Positions 18,455 through 29,993 are shown, counted from the stretch's first letter. The stretch is 60,979 nt of DNA from a virus (IMGVR_UViG_3300023174_000178:1-60979); one strand, 5' to 3'. Program-made: numbers and translations. Notes: a model not told the origin generated them from the letters alone.

Positions 18455-21400
18455 ATGGCTCTGGAAACCAACCTAAACGTATCTCCTTATTTTGATGACT
18501 TCGACGTCAAGAAGGACTTCTATAAAGTCCTGTTCCAGCCTGGTGTCGCAGTCCAAGCTCGTGAGCTTAACCAGCTCCAGTCCATCTTGCAAAATCAAAT
18601 TGAGAAGTTTGGTGACAACGTATTCAAGCGTGGCACAATCATTGATGGTTGTACGATTACGAAGCATGATAAAGTTCCTTATATCAAGATCAACGACTTA
18701 ACGACAGATGGTCTACAAGTCGATGTCAATCTTTATAACAACTTGTATGTAAGAAACGCAAGCAACGTAGAAGCCCACATCAAGAAAACAGTTTCTGGTC
18801 TGCAATCTCGTGCGCCTGATCTTAATACTCTGTTTGTAAATTATATTAGTTCGGGAACAGATTTCGAAACAGATTCATTTGCTGCAGATGAAACTCTTAC
18901 AGTCTTCGACAAATCTTATCCTATCTTCAATATCAAAGTAAACGATGGCGCTTCGAAGTTTAGTAATAGCGACACTGTTGTAGTGATGTCGGCACTTGCT
19001 GTACAAAATAGTACTGGCGGTGCTCCTCCTGCTGCAAGCTTTGCAACCGGATCTGTAATTCAGAACGGCGTTGCAAATGCCGTGATTATCGAAGCTAACA
19101 CAACTGCAAATAGCTCTGCTCTTATCTTGAAGGTGAGACCGGAGTATTCTGACCTTATTTCTGCAAATACGATTAAATTCCGATTTGCAGCTGGCGAACA
19201 GATTCGTAACTTCGGATCTGGTGTATCTGCTAACGTAGTTGCAATTGTTGGTTCAGGAGCAGTCGGCTCACTTACAACAGATAGTCTAGGTAAAGTTACT
19301 GCTGTTCAGATCATTGGACAAGGTTCAGGTTACTACGTAGAACCGCATGTTACCATCGCAAATAACTCGACCACTTCTACATTTACTGCTACCGAATTAG
19401 GCGAGCTCGAACTTGCAGCAGAAACTTTCCTTGCTACGATTCAAGTAGCAAACGCAACTGCCGTTCCTATCGGAACTGGTTACGGTGTTACGATCGGCGA
19501 AGGCACAATCTATCAGAAGGGTTTCTTCTCGAGAGTTGCTTCTCAGTTTGAGGTTGTAAACAAGTATTCGAATACTGGCTTTGATAAGTCTGTTGGTTTC
19601 TATACAAACGAAAGCATCGTCAACTCGAATCAAGATCAGTCACTTCTTGACAATGCCACTGGCACTTATAACTATGCGGCTCCAGGCGCAGATCGTCTAA
19701 AGCTGACACCAGTCATCAGCGTACTGACAAAAGCACAAGCCGATGCAAACTCAGAATTCCTTCCAATCATCGAGTTCACAGATGGTCGTCCGTATCGTGT
19801 AAACCAAGACACTGTCTATAATGTCATTGGTCGTCAGTTAGCAGCAAGAACCTACGAAGAATCTGGCAACTATGTCATCGATCAGTTCCTTACACTGACG
19901 AAAGATTCTGGAACGTTCTCAGATACTGCAAGTCTTGTGAAGATGAACATCGATCCAGGTAAAGCTTATATCAATGGTATTCGTATTGAAACTATCGACA
20001 ACTATAAGCAAAACATGAATAAGGGTACGACGAAGCTAAATGATCCTGCTTCGCAAACTCGTCTCGGTTACGGTAACTACTTCGAAGTCGACGAACTTGC
20101 TGGTTCGTTCAACTTTGACATTGGTGGTCAAGTAGATCTTTATGGATCTCCTGCAAATTATATTAGTACTGGCTCTACCACAATTTCCCCAGTCGGAACG
20201 AAGATTGGTACAGCAAGACTTCGTACTTTTGCTTATCAGAGTGGAGATGTGGGCAATGCGAATGCCGTATACAGAATGTATCTCTTTGACATTAAGATGA
20301 ATGCCGGTAAGAATACTAAGGACGTAAGAAGCATCTATTATGGCAGCGGCAACAAAGCAATTGCTGACGTAGTAGTTGATGCTACTCTCGGCGCAGTGCT
20401 TCAAGATACACTTGATTCATCGCTTCTTTTCAAGCTGAAGAACGCTACGTCGAACGTATCGAACATCACATATCAATACAGAACCATCAACACAACTGAA
20501 ACTTCTAATTCTGAAGGTTATGTTGTTTTAAATCTTTCATCAAATGAATATTTCCCGTACACAGAAGAGCTGAATACATCTGAGAAGCGAGATCTGATTG
20601 TAATTCCTAACGGAAACTTTAAGTCTCAAATTCCTGCTACTGGATCAGTACAGGTTTTCGGAAATACTCTTGTCACTGGAACAGGCACGTTGCTTTCCGC
20701 AGAATTTTCGGCTGGTGATTGGGTATTGATTTCGAATACAACTGGTGGAAATTCGACAATCAATCAGATTTCTTCGATCGCGAATAGCACTTCGTTGACA
20801 CTTGCTACTGCATCTTCGAAGACATATTCTGGCGGACATATTCGACTGTACTATCCTCAGAATATTCCGATCTCACTGACAAACAAAGCTACGAAGTGGG
20901 CAAACGTAGATAGTTCAAATAGTCAGATTATGACGATCTACTTCGGTAATAATGTAGCGAATGCTACTTCAAATGCCGCTGCATCGATGCCAGTTTCTGT
21001 AGTGTATAATGCGCAAAGAAACAACGTGAGCTCAGCTGCAAAGACATCAAATCGCGGTAACTATGCAAGAATCCGTATTGCAAATAACAACAGCGCAGGC
21101 ATTCAAGGACCATGGCCTCTCGGTGTATCTGATGCATATCGTCTGCGCGGAGTATGGAAGAAAGACGCCACTGTTCAAGACATCACGTTTAACGTGGCTA
21201 CAAATATTACGGGGTCAGGAACAGCTAACGCGTTTATTACTATCACGAATAACCCATTCGCGAATGGTGATTCTCTTGTATATTCGAATACGGCAGGAGT
21301 CGGAGTACTCGGCGGTTTAACCAACGGTGACACATATTTTGCGGTGTATGCGAATACATCTGGATTTGCACTCTCTGCTACTCGCGGTGGAGCAAATCTT

Positions 21401-23836
21401 ACACTCACTTCAAACAGTACTTCTGTGCATAAGTTCACCGGTAATACGATGTACTTCACCGAGAATACATTCGGTGTTACAGACGTCACGAACCAGTTTT
21501 ACATTGATAGCGGTCAAAATGAAGATTTCCTTGATATTTCGAAGCTTGTAAGAAAACCAAGATACGATGCTCTTGCTGCGAATGATATTCTTCTTGTTAA
21601 GTTTGATGCTTTCCAATCTGCGTCAGGTGTCAAGACAATCTCTTCTTACACTATTAATGACAGCGCAAATCTTGCTTCTCTAGTAAGCGACGTAAGCATT
21701 AATACGATGGAACTTCCAGAATTTCAAGGAAGTACAGGAATTTATTATGACGTAAGAGATTGTGTAGATCTTCGCCCATCTGCTGCAAATACAATCAACT
21801 ATGTGACTGATATTTCTTCGGTTGCAGCCGGAGCAAATGCCGCTTCGATTATCAATCCTACACTACCTTCGAATGCAAATTACTTCTCTTCGGCTAGCGC
21901 ATTTTTCCCTGTGCCTAACTCTACATTGTCTGCAAATGTAAGTTCTTATCTTGGAAGAGTTGATCGAGTTATTATCAATTCGAATGGCGGTTTTGAAATC
22001 AGAAACGGTGAACCAGGAATTTCTCCTGTTCTGCCACCAGCACAAGACAGTTCTCTTACTCTGCAAATATACAACATTCCACCATATCCTTCTCTTCCAG
22101 AAGTGCTTTCGGCTGAGATGATTGCTATCACAGATACAAAAGTGGCGAGCTCCATTTCTGGAAAAAGAAAGAGTACTTATACTATCAAGCCTTCAATCAG
22201 CGCTTCTCAAAGAACTCGCATTCAACAACGTCGTTATACGATGGCTGATATCGGCAGTCTTGATAAGAGAATTAAAGATCTTGAGTATTACGTATCGTTT
22301 ACTCTTGCTGAAGCGCTCGCAAAGGCAAGATTTATTCCGAGTAGCCTCGACGCGGCACTTGATAGATTTAAGTTTGGATTCTTCGTAGATCCATTCACTG
22401 ACTATGTTTATGCAGATGTTGGCAATCCAGAATTTTATGCTACTATTAAAAACGACCAGCTTGGCCCATATCTGAGAGAGTTAAATCTTCAGTTTAAGCC
22501 AGATGGAACCGGGCAAGAAGATGGCATTCTGACACTTCCATATAATGAGTTTGTGATTGGAGAACAGAGCGCTGCGACTGCAGGTCCTCTTCCAGTTGCA
22601 AATACCGCCGCGAATACTGTTGCAAATACAACTGGAAATGTGGTTGTTACTACTGTTACTCAAAGAATAGAATCAACAGTAGCGAGAGAAAGAAGCACCA
22701 GCGTTTCTGATTCTGGCACAGTGTTCGAAGAATTTGTTTATCGATTCAGCAGTCTTTCTGGACCAGCCGAACTTTATGTGGTTGCACGAGACAATACTGT
22801 TTCAGCAACTGTCTATCAGGGCGCTTCAGAAAATGGACCATGGACAGCCACTCAAACTTCTGCTTCTGCGACTTCTATTACCAGTGCTGATATTTCCAGA
22901 CTCTATCAAATAAACCAACTCAATGATGGTCGTGGAGTCGAGCATGTTGGAAGCATTGAGCGTAAGTCATATCCAACCGGTATCGATTCTGGTACTTTCC
23001 TTGAAGATCAATTTAAGATCACATGGACGCATGATCCTGCTGCAGGCCAATATGCAAAAGTGAGAATATACAAGGGTAAGAAACGCGGAGGTCTATTTGG
23101 TGGACAAGGCAGAACAGGAACTTATGGTTACCTTCTGCAATATCCTACAGATTCTGTAACAACTTCGACAATTACGGTATCGAATCCAAATACCTTCGAG
23201 TATAATGGTGCAGTACATAACGTAAACCCGAGTTCATTTACAATTACCAATTCACTGTTTAATTATTTCGACTTAGACAGAGGAGTAGAACAGTCTTATA
23301 TTGCAGATTCTCAGAAGTTTGTAATTTCTGTATCTGGCTTGAAGCCGAATACGAATCATACGTTTACGTTTGATGGAGAAAACAGAACTTCGAAGTGTTC
23401 ACAAGTAAGAACATCTACGACGAATACTACTGGGCTTCGAAGCGATGAAAACGGCATCATGACATTCGATTTTTATTATGATGCTGGTCTCGATGAAGCA
23501 GCAACCGATGCTACGGCACAAAATCGTATCATCTCTAATATTGCTGGACAAAAACGATTTGTAATTGAAAACACTGATGGAACTTCGAGAGCGGCAGGCG
23601 CAATTACTCTTGCTTACTATTCTAATCTTCCTGTTACAAATACTGACTACTTGAATGTTGCTCCTTCAACAACCGCTACTTCAGTTGCACAAGGTGACGC
23701 CACAACAAATACTCCGCGTGGTGGAAATGCAACCGAATCAGCAGTTGATACATTCATTGATCCAAGTGGTACTTACAACGTGCTCAGACTCGATCTTCGA
23801 AACTTTGAAACACAGATAAATTTCAATATACCATAA
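18455..23836 (+). CDS. Large virion structural protein, VrlC/DUF4815-like (N-terminal part)
   Basis: TNLNVSPYFDDFD..K.FYKVLF.PG..VQARELNQLQSILQNQIEKFG; APGADRLK; RTYEESGNY; RYTMADIG.L.KRI..LEYY; RFK.GFFVD.F. Confidence 0.85.
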   Translation: MALETNLNVSPYFDDFDVKKDFYKVLFQPGVAVQARELNQLQSILQNQIEKFGDNVFKRGTIIDGCTITKHDKVPYIKINDLTTDGLQVDVNLYNNLYVRNASNVEAHIKKTVSGLQSRAPDLNTLFVNYISSGTDFETDSFAADETLTVFDKSYPIFNIKVNDGASKFSNSDTVVVMSALAVQNSTGGAPPAASFATGSVIQNGVANAVIIEANTTANSSALILKVRPEYSDLISANTIKFRFAAGEQIRNFGSGVSANVVAIVGSGAVGSLTTDSLGKVTAVQIIGQGSGYYVEPHVTIANNSTTSTFTATELGELELAAETFLATIQVANATAVPIGTGYGVTIGEGTIYQKGFFSRVASQFEVVNKYSNTGFDKSVGFYTNESIVNSNQDQSLLDNATGTYNYAAPGADRLKLTPVISVLTKAQADANSEFLPIIEFTDGRPYRVNQDTVYNVIGRQLAARTYEESGNYVIDQFLTLTKDSGTFSDTASLVKMNIDPGKAYINGIRIETIDNYKQNMNKGTTKLNDPASQTRLGYGNYFEVDELAGSFNFDIGGQVDLYGSPANYISTGSTTISPVGTKIGTARLRTFAYQSGDVGNANAVYRMYLFDIKMNAGKNTKDVRSIYYGSGNKAIADVVVDATLGAVLQDTLDSSLLFKLKNATSNVSNITYQYRTINTTETSNSEGYVVLNLSSNEYFPYTEELNTSEKRDLIVIPNGNFKSQIPATGSVQVFGNTLVTGTGTLLSAEFSAGDWVLISNTTGGNSTINQISSIANSTSLTLATASSKTYSGGHIRLYYPQNIPISLTNKATKWANVDSSNSQIMTIYFGNNVANATSNAAASMPVSVVYNAQRNNVSSAAKTSNRGNYARIRIANNNSAGIQGPWPLGVSDAYRLRGVWKKDATVQDITFNVATNITGSGTANAFITITNNPFANGDSLVYSNTAGVGVLGGLTNGDTYFAVYANTSGFALSATRGGANLTLTSNSTSVHKFTGNTMYFTENTFGVTDVTNQFYIDSGQNEDFLDISKLVRKPRYDALAANDILLVKFDAFQSASGVKTISSYTINDSANLASLVSDVSINTMELPEFQGSTGIYYDVRDCVDLRPSAANTINYVTDISSVAAGANAASIINPTLPSNANYFSSASAFFPVPNSTLSANVSSYLGRVDRVIINSNGGFEIRNGEPGISPVLPPAQDSSLTLQIYNIPPYPSLPEVLSAEMIAITDTKVASSISGKRKSTYTIKPSISASQRTRIQQRRYTMADIGSLDKRIKDLEYYVSFTLAEALAKARFIPSSLDAALDRFKFGFFVDPFTDYVYADVGNPEFYATIKNDQLGPYLRELNLQFKPDGTGQEDGILTLPYNEFVIGEQSAATAGPLPVANTAANTVANTTGNVVVTTVTQRIESTVARERSTSVSDSGTVFEEFVYRFSSLSGPAELYVVARDNTVSATVYQGASENGPWTATQTSASATSITSADISRLYQINQLNDGRGVEHVGSIERKSYPTGIDSGTFLEDQFKITWTHDPAAGQYAKVRIYKGKKRGGLFGGQGRTGTYGYLLQYPTDSVTTSTITVSNPNTFEYNGAVHNVNPSSFTITNSLFNYFDLDRGVEQSYIADSQKFVISVSGLKPNTNHTFTFDGENRTSKCSQVRTSTTNTTGLRSDENGIMTFDFYYDAGLDEAATDATAQNRIISNIAGQKRFVIENTDGTSRAAGAITLAYYSNLPVTNTDYLNVAPSTTATSVAQGDATTNTPRGGNATESAVDTFIDPSGTYNVLRLDLRNFETQINFNIP

Positions 23837-23852
23837 GATCAATAGAGTAGTA

Positions 23853-23860
23853 GATAAATA
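23853..23860 (+). promoter_or_regulatory. Variant late promoter (GATAAATA)
   Basis: One mismatch to TATAAATA in an AT-rich gap, followed by an AGAGG ribosome-binding site. Confidence 0.5.
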
Positions 23861-23882
23861 ATAAAAATAAAAGAGGAAATGC

Positions 23883-25997
23883 ATGTCTGGCTTTAACTAT
23901 ATTCAAACCTTTTACGTGAATCCGCAAACAGTAGCTAACGCTCCTGAAGTCATGCTCACATCCATCGACGTGTTCTTTAAAGCTAAGCCTGTGCGTGGAG
24001 CCACCGTTTCAGGCGCGGTCGCTCCTCCAGTCATCGCATGGATTTGCGAGGTAGAAAACGATTCTCCTTTTGAGACGCGTCAACTTCGAAACTCTATGAC
24101 TCTTATTCAGTATGATTTGATTAATACTTCTCAAGATGCTTCGGCGGCAACAGCAATCGGATTTAAAGATCCTGTTCGTTTGGCGACTGGAAAGTATTAC
24201 GGTTTAGTTCTTCAATTTACTGATCCTGGATTCGACGTATGGCAAAACGTGCTCGGAGATAGACTCGTAACCGACGGTCAGATTACTAACACCTTGTCTG
24301 TAGGTTCAAGAGGAACACACGGCGGTAAGCTATATGTTCCTACGAACACTTCTGCTCATCGTTCACTGAGCGACAGAGATCTGAAGTTTAAAGTGAAGGT
24401 GGCCAGATACACTGCCAATAACATTACAATCAGTCTTGTAAATAAAGATTATGAATTCTTTACGATCGACAATACTAACACTGGTGCTTTCATCGGCGGA
24501 GAGTACATCTATCAAGACATCGCGAATGCCAGCGGCACTGTCACAGTTTCTACGAACAGTTTAAACGTAGTTGGTATTGCAACCACATTTACTAATCTTT
24601 TTGGCGGAGCTAAAATTTTAGTTCAGAGCGGCGGTGCGAAACAGATTCTATCTGTCAATGCTATCACGAATGCCACACATATGACAATTGAAAGCTTGCC
24701 ATCTTTCTCTGCTTCTGGAATCGGCTATAAAGTTCCGCCTGTAGGTTTAGCTTATAACATAGATTATCCAAAAAATAAACTAATTTTAGTCGACTCTTCA
24801 GCAAATGCTACAAATAAATTTGCTGTGAGCGGCGGCAGAATTATAGGAGAAAGATCAGGAGCAACTGCAAACATTGCTTCTATCGATAGCTATCCTGTTG
24901 ATAACTTCAAGCCTTCGTTCTTGATCGGTAATCCTTCTGGATCTACGTTCACTCTTAACTATAAGATTGCTAACTCTGCGAATCAGTTGTCTTCTACATC
25001 AACAAATATTAATCTTCTTCAAATGAATGATACGTCATCGACAGGATATATCTTATCTCGCTCAGTCGAAGTTGATACTTCAAAGAGCTCGAATCTTTTT
25101 GGAGACAGAAGAAAATCAGTTGTCGCGAATCTGAATATTGTTGTGAGCAGTGCCGAAATCGACCGCTTCAGTGTTCCTTATGCAACGACACGCGAACTTG
25201 ATTTCTACTTCTATCAAAATGACATCAACAACGTTTACACAGAGACAAGAACAGTAGGACTTAGCAGCATTGCTAGTTATGACACTGAAACTGGTGCAAA
25301 CGGTCTCGCTAAATCGAAGTATCTTTCAAAAGTTATTAAATTTGCTGAAGACAAATATGCAGAAGATATCGTAGTATATCTGACAGGCTATCGTCCTGCT
25401 GGAACAGAAATCAAAGTCTATGCAAAAGTTCATAACGCGGCAGACAGAGAATCATTCCAAAGCAAAGCGTGGACTCCGCTTGTATTGAAAGATAATATCG
25501 ATCGCTTTAGCTCGACAGATCCAAATGACATGTACGAATTTACATATGGATTTGATACGGCTCCTGAACTTCAAGCCGCTCTTCCTGGAACTGGATCAAT
25601 TACTTACGGTTCGAATGCCATTACTACAACGAGTAATCATTCTGCGACAGTCACTGCTGGCGACTTGATTCGAATCAAAGATCAAGACTTTGGTAATCAT
25701 GAAGTGTTTGTCGTCTCGGCAGCAAATACTACTGCGATCAGCACATATCGAAACATTACAACTTCAAGTCTCGTGTCGGCCGGAGTTACAAGATCAGATA
25801 TTGTTATCGATAAACTGAAGTACAGAAATATTGCATGGAACAATGTTGAAAATGATAACACTGTAAGATATGTCAACTCAGAATATGTAGAGTTCGATCG
25901 CTATACATCGATGCAAATTAAGATCGTTCTTCTTGCAACTCAATCTCACATTGTTCCAAAGGTAGAGTCTATTCAAGTTATCGGAGTTTCGGCATAA
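23883..25997 (+). CDS. Virion structural protein resembling the C-terminal part of VrlC/DUF4815-like proteins
   Basis: QTFYV...LTSIDVFFKAKP, F.DPV.L..GKYY.LVL, DLKFKV, SKYLSK.I, RP.GTEIKVYAK, C-terminal IKIVL......VPKV. Confidence 0.75.
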   Translation: MSGFNYIQTFYVNPQTVANAPEVMLTSIDVFFKAKPVRGATVSGAVAPPVIAWICEVENDSPFETRQLRNSMTLIQYDLINTSQDASAATAIGFKDPVRLATGKYYGLVLQFTDPGFDVWQNVLGDRLVTDGQITNTLSVGSRGTHGGKLYVPTNTSAHRSLSDRDLKFKVKVARYTANNITISLVNKDYEFFTIDNTNTGAFIGGEYIYQDIANASGTVTVSTNSLNVVGIATTFTNLFGGAKILVQSGGAKQILSVNAITNATHMTIESLPSFSASGIGYKVPPVGLAYNIDYPKNKLILVDSSANATNKFAVSGGRIIGERSGATANIASIDSYPVDNFKPSFLIGNPSGSTFTLNYKIANSANQLSSTSTNINLLQMNDTSSTGYILSRSVEVDTSKSSNLFGDRRKSVVANLNIVVSSAEIDRFSVPYATTRELDFYFYQNDINNVYTETRTVGLSSIASYDTETGANGLAKSKYLSKVIKFAEDKYAEDIVVYLTGYRPAGTEIKVYAKVHNAADRESFQSKAWTPLVLKDNIDRFSSTDPNDMYEFTYGFDTAPELQAALPGTGSITYGSNAITTTSNHSATVTAGDLIRIKDQDFGNHEVFVVSAANTTAISTYRNITTSSLVSAGVTRSDIVIDKLKYRNIAWNNVENDNTVRYVNSEYVEFDRYTSMQIKIVLLATQSHIVPKVESIQVIGVSA

Positions 25998-26206
25998 TGT
26001 TAGTGAAGACTGAAGCCGATGGATTCATGAAAGATACTTCTACTGGAGCTTTCATAAATACAGATAATGCATCTTATGCAAAGTTTGTAGCAGAGAGATC
26101 AAAAGTGAAGAATAGCAAAGATCTGTCAAATAGAATAAGTGCAGTCGAAGACGATCTCAAAGAAATTAAAACTCTACTCTTACAAGTAGTGAATGGAAGA
26201 AATTAA
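25997..26206 (+). CDS. Small conserved coiled-coil protein of T4-like phages
   Basis: KD.STGAFINTD followed by heptad-like RISAVEDDLKEIKTLL; coupled to both neighbours. Confidence 0.75.
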   Translation: MLVKTEADGFMKDTSTGAFINTDNASYAKFVAERSKVKNSKDLSNRISAVEDDLKEIKTLLLQVVNGRN

Positions 26207-28260
26207 TGTCAAGACCAGTAGCTAATGTTGATGTAATTACCGACTCATTTGAGATTTGGCTCCTCGAGACCAATGAACTTCTCAACGCGCTCTCGACAGA
26301 AATCATTACTGCAAACAGTACGTATGCAAACACGGGTAACACCGCGTTTCCAAGAACAGCTCAGCTATACGGAACATTTGGCGCTAACAATCTCGTTGTT
26401 ACAAACTGGATGAAGGGCGGAAACGTTAACGGTTCGTTTGCCAATCTGATGATCAGCACGAACACTGTTCTGAGCAATGTTAACTCGACCGAGATTCGTC
26501 TCGAAGTTGCCAACGGTTCTTCGAACACATTCATGTGGCAGTATGGTCTACATGCTGGTTTGACAGGTGCAAATCTTGTCGCCAACACGACAAAGCTGAC
26601 GGTTCAGTCCAACTCGACCACAAATACAACAGCAACCGCATTCGCTGTCGTTGCTGCAAATAGTACTAACACTGCTACAATGAATCCAATTAGCTTTAGC
26701 ACTGGGCTCTTCGTAGCGAACACGATTCAAATTACATTGGGTGCCAACGTCACTGCCAATGCCACGAATGGTGGTACGATCCAAGTCACAGGATCAGGTG
26801 CAGTAGGTAACAGTGTATCAAATAGCAGCGGTCTATATGTAGGCAACACTGTTACAAATAGCCAGATGACGAGCGTTCGATTCTTTGCATCAGAAGGTAG
26901 CAATACTGTACTCGCAAACAACCAGCTTATCAGCATTGCAAATAGCACTTCATCTGCAAATATTGATCCTATCAGTTTCACGACTGGCATTTTTACAGCT
27001 AACACTATTCAAGTTTCGCTTGGTGCCAACGTGACTGCAAATGCTACCAACGGTGGCACGATTCAAGTAACAGGAACTGGCACAGTCGGTAACACTGTTG
27101 CAAATAGCAGCGGTCTATATGTAGGTAATACTTTAAACTCTTCGCAAGTAACTGCAGTTCGATTCCTTGCATCTGAAGGTTCAAATACAACTCTTGCAAA
27201 TACTCGAATCATTAGCATCGCTAACTCGAGTGCCACTGCAAACATCGAACCGAACGCATTCAAAACTGGCATCTTTACTGCGAATACTATTCAGATCTCG
27301 CTAGGCGCCAATGTCACTGCTAATGCCACAAATGGTGGTACAGTTCAAGTAACTGGATCTGCTACGGTTGGTAATACAGTAGCGAATAGCAGCGGAGTGT
27401 TTGTAGGTAATAGTCTCAACTCTGCTGAACATACTGCTGTCAGATTCTATGCAGCCGAAGGTTCGAATACCACGCTTGCTAACACAAGAATCATCAGCAT
27501 TGCCAATACAACATCGACATCTAACGTTACACCTACAGGATTCTCTGCTGGTATCGTCACTGCCAACCAAACAGTTGTTGCAGTCGGTGCGAATGTCTTT
27601 GCAAATGCTACTACTGTACTTGTAGGTAACGCAACGTTTAACACAGTAGTTGGTAATGGATCGATCACTGCATCTGCGAATCTAACGGTAACTCCGACAA
27701 GTCATCTTGTGGTTGTAGGTGCTGCGACAGTCAGTTCGAACGTTGCTCTTGCAAATACGCTTGCTGTAACAGGAAATACTAATCTTTCGAATACGCTCAC
27801 TGTAACTGGAGCTACATCGCTTTCAAATACTCTTGGAGTAACAGGAGCAACCGCTCTAGCGAATACGCTCGCAGTGACTGGTCCTGCTACACATGCAAAC
27901 ATCGTGACTTTCAAGACTGAACATGTAGTTGATGTTTTTGCAAACGGAAACCTTGGAGCTACGACCGGTTCAGATCTTCTGGTCTTCGAATATCCAAAAG
28001 CAGATTATAGTACAGCCAAACTTCTCATTCAATTGAAAAACGCAGGTAATACACAGATCTCTGAAGTACTACTTGCTCATGATAATTCGACTGCGCAGCT
28101 CACAACATACGGTACAGTTTCTTCACCGGTTTCTGCTAATTCTGGAGTCAGCTTACTTGGTACTTTCTCTGCGAACGTGGCTACTGCAAACGTAAGAGTA
28201 TATGTCAATCAAACAAGATCTAGCACTGCTGCAAAAGTTGTTGCTCAATTCATTAAGTAA
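26206..28260 (+). CDS. Baseplate-attached fibre/adaptor protein with three 94 aa tandem repeats
   Basis: N-terminal DSFE.W...TNEL anchor-like motif; T/S/A/N-rich beta repeats; C-terminal YSTAKLLIQ...EVLLAHD....TTYGTV domain. Confidence 0.75.
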   Translation: MSRPVANVDVITDSFEIWLLETNELLNALSTEIITANSTYANTGNTAFPRTAQLYGTFGANNLVVTNWMKGGNVNGSFANLMISTNTVLSNVNSTEIRLEVANGSSNTFMWQYGLHAGLTGANLVANTTKLTVQSNSTTNTTATAFAVVAANSTNTATMNPISFSTGLFVANTIQITLGANVTANATNGGTIQVTGSGAVGNSVSNSSGLYVGNTVTNSQMTSVRFFASEGSNTVLANNQLISIANSTSSANIDPISFTTGIFTANTIQVSLGANVTANATNGGTIQVTGTGTVGNTVANSSGLYVGNTLNSSQVTAVRFLASEGSNTTLANTRIISIANSSATANIEPNAFKTGIFTANTIQISLGANVTANATNGGTVQVTGSATVGNTVANSSGVFVGNSLNSAEHTAVRFYAAEGSNTTLANTRIISIANTTSTSNVTPTGFSAGIVTANQTVVAVGANVFANATTVLVGNATFNTVVGNGSITASANLTVTPTSHLVVVGAATVSSNVALANTLAVTGNTNLSNTLTVTGATSLSNTLGVTGATALANTLAVTGPATHANIVTFKTEHVVDVFANGNLGATTGSDLLVFEYPKADYSTAKLLIQLKNAGNTQISEVLLAHDNSTAQLTTYGTVSSPVSANSGVSLLGTFSANVATANVRVYVNQTRSSTAAKVVAQFIK
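26680..27530 (+). repeat. Three tandem 282 nt (94 aa) repeats
   Basis: P..F.TG.F.ANTIQ..LGANVTANATNGGT.QVTG...GN...NSSG..VGN....T.VRF.A.EGSNT.LAN...ISIAN starting near 26680, 26962 and 27244. Confidence 0.9.
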
Positions 28261-28268
28261 GGTAAAAT

Positions 28269-29993
28269 ATGTCAGGCGCAAATAATAGATTTAAGGTTGA
28301 TAACGGTCTAGTTGCTTCTGGCAACGCGATCTTCTATGATCGTGTCGACGTAGAAGCCAACGCGCACTTTAAAAACGACTTGTTCGTTGTATCTGGTAAC
28401 CTTGTAGTGAATGGATCTCTTGTATATGCTAACGTTACCATCGGTCAAGGTGGTGTTCTTCTCGTAGCAGATCAACAACCACTCGGTAATACTTCAAATC
28501 GTTTTAACGCTTTCGTATTTAATACGACGTCTTACGGAACGTTACGACCAGATGCAAACGGTGGAGCTCTTGGTACTACGACTGCTCGCTTCGACGTCTT
28601 TGCAAATAATATTACTGTTACGAATACAGTCAACTTCGGAAGTGGTGCAGGCGTTAACTCGACTCTCTATACTGGCACAGCAAGCAACGCTAACACCGTA
28701 TACAATATCTCGGCGAATGGTATCGTGGTGAGAACCGGTACAGGAACCGGCACGACAGTATCGATTGCTTCCACGAACGGCATAAGCGTAACAAACGGTA
28801 ATGGTGTTTCTGGAAATCCTACGATTGGATTCGTAGCGAATGCTGGTTTAACAGTGAATGCTGCAGGTGTGTTTGTTGATGCATCTGCTATTACTGTCGG
28901 TACACTTCCAGTGAATCGCGGTGGTACTGCAGGAAATGTTAATAATCTTTTACCTACGCAATCGGCTGGCGTAAAGGGTTACGTACTCTCGTCAAATGGT
29001 GCTGACGGCGTTCTTTATTGGTCTGCACTTGCTGGACCTCAAGGTGTGCAAGGTGCAACTGGTGCTCAAGGCGCTCAAGGCGCAACTGGTTCGCAAGGAC
29101 CAGTCGGTGCTCAAGGTGCTGCTTCGACTGTTCCTGGTCCACAAGGAGCACAAGGTATAACTGGAGCCCAAGGTGCTCAAGGAACAACCGGTTCTCAAGG
29201 ACCACAAGGACCTTCGGTTCAAGGACCAACTGGACCTCAAGGTGCTCAAGGTATTACAGGTGCACAAGGACCGCAAGGAACAACTGGTGCACAAGGCGCT
29301 GCTTCGACAGTTCCTGGCCCTCAAGGTGCTCAAGGTATTACAGGTGCACAAGGACCACAGGGGCCGCAAGGTCTTACAGGTGCACAAGGTGCTGCTTCGA
29401 CGGTTGCTGGTCCTCAAGGTTCTCAAGGTGCAACCGGTGCTCAAGGCGCAACCGGACCACAAGGTGCACAAGGTGTAACTGGCGCACAGGGCGCAACCGG
29501 TGCTCAAGGTGCAGCAGGCACAAGTATAACGGGTGCTCAAGGTGCAACTGGACCACAAGGTGCACAAGGAAGTGCAGCTTCAGCCGCTGCGCCTATTCTC
29601 AGACACGTCACTTCAGGATTTACAAGTGGCGGTCAAGTTTTTGTAACAGGGACTCAACCTACTGCTTCTGCAGCTGGTGATATCTGGATCGACACAGCTG
29701 GAACTACTGGATATACACAAAGTCTCTCGTCAAATGGATGGACTAAGTTGCCAAACGGAGCAATTATTCAGTGGGGAACGGTATCTATTACTCCGAATAA
29801 TACAGGATCTGGAACCTTCCCAACATCATTTACTACAGTCGGTCGAGCAGTAATGAACGGCGTAGGAGATCTGGGTGTATTTGGACAAGCTTCGAAAGGT
29901 GCAACCATTTATAGTGTATCGACAACTGGTTTCAGTTGGTTTAATGGAGATGAAACTTCTCACACTGGTTACTGGTTAGCAATGGGATATTAA
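28269..29993 (+). CDS. Collagen-like tail fibre
   Basis: About 180 aa of G-X-Y (GPQ/GAQ/GAT) repeats; C-terminal [16 protein letters not shown] tail-fibre tip motif; followed by a chaperone gene. Confidence 0.88.
   Translation: MSGANNRFKVDNGLVASGNAIFYDRVDVEANAHFKNDLFVVSGNLVVNGSLVYANVTIGQGGVLLVADQQPLGNTSNRFNAFVFNTTSYGTLRPDANGGALGTTTARFDVFANNITVTNTVNFGSGAGVNSTLYTGTASNANTVYNISANGIVVRTGTGTGTTVSIASTNGISVTNGNGVSGNPTIGFVANAGLTVNAAGVFVDASAITVGTLPVNRGGTAGNVNNLLPTQSAGVKGYVLSSNGADGVLYWSALAGPQGVQGATGAQGAQGATGSQGPVGAQGAASTVPGPQGAQGITGAQGAQGTTGSQGPQGPSVQGPTGPQGAQGITGAQGPQGTTGAQGAASTVPGPQGAQGITGAQGPQGPQGLTGAQGAASTVAGPQGSQGATGAQGATGPQGAQGVTGAQGATGAQGAAGTSITGAQGATGPQGAQGSAASAAAPILRHVTSGFTSGGQVFVTGTQPTASAAGDIWIDTAGTTGYTQSLSSNGWTKLPNGAIIQWGTVSITPNNTGSGTFPTSFTTVGRAVMNGVGDLGVFGQASKGATIYSVSTTGFSWFNGDETSHTGYWLAMGY
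29032..29575 (+). repeat. Collagen G-X-Y repeat tract
   Basis: [12 protein letters not shown] triplets with recurring GAASTV(P/A) interruptions. Confidence 0.95.

Noticed and set aside
28954-29680. Overlapping ORFs on the collagen tract, including a Cys/Arg/Trp-rich 220 aa frame
   Set aside because: Shadow frames produced by the stop-poor 9 nt periodic collagen codons; no independent start signals seen
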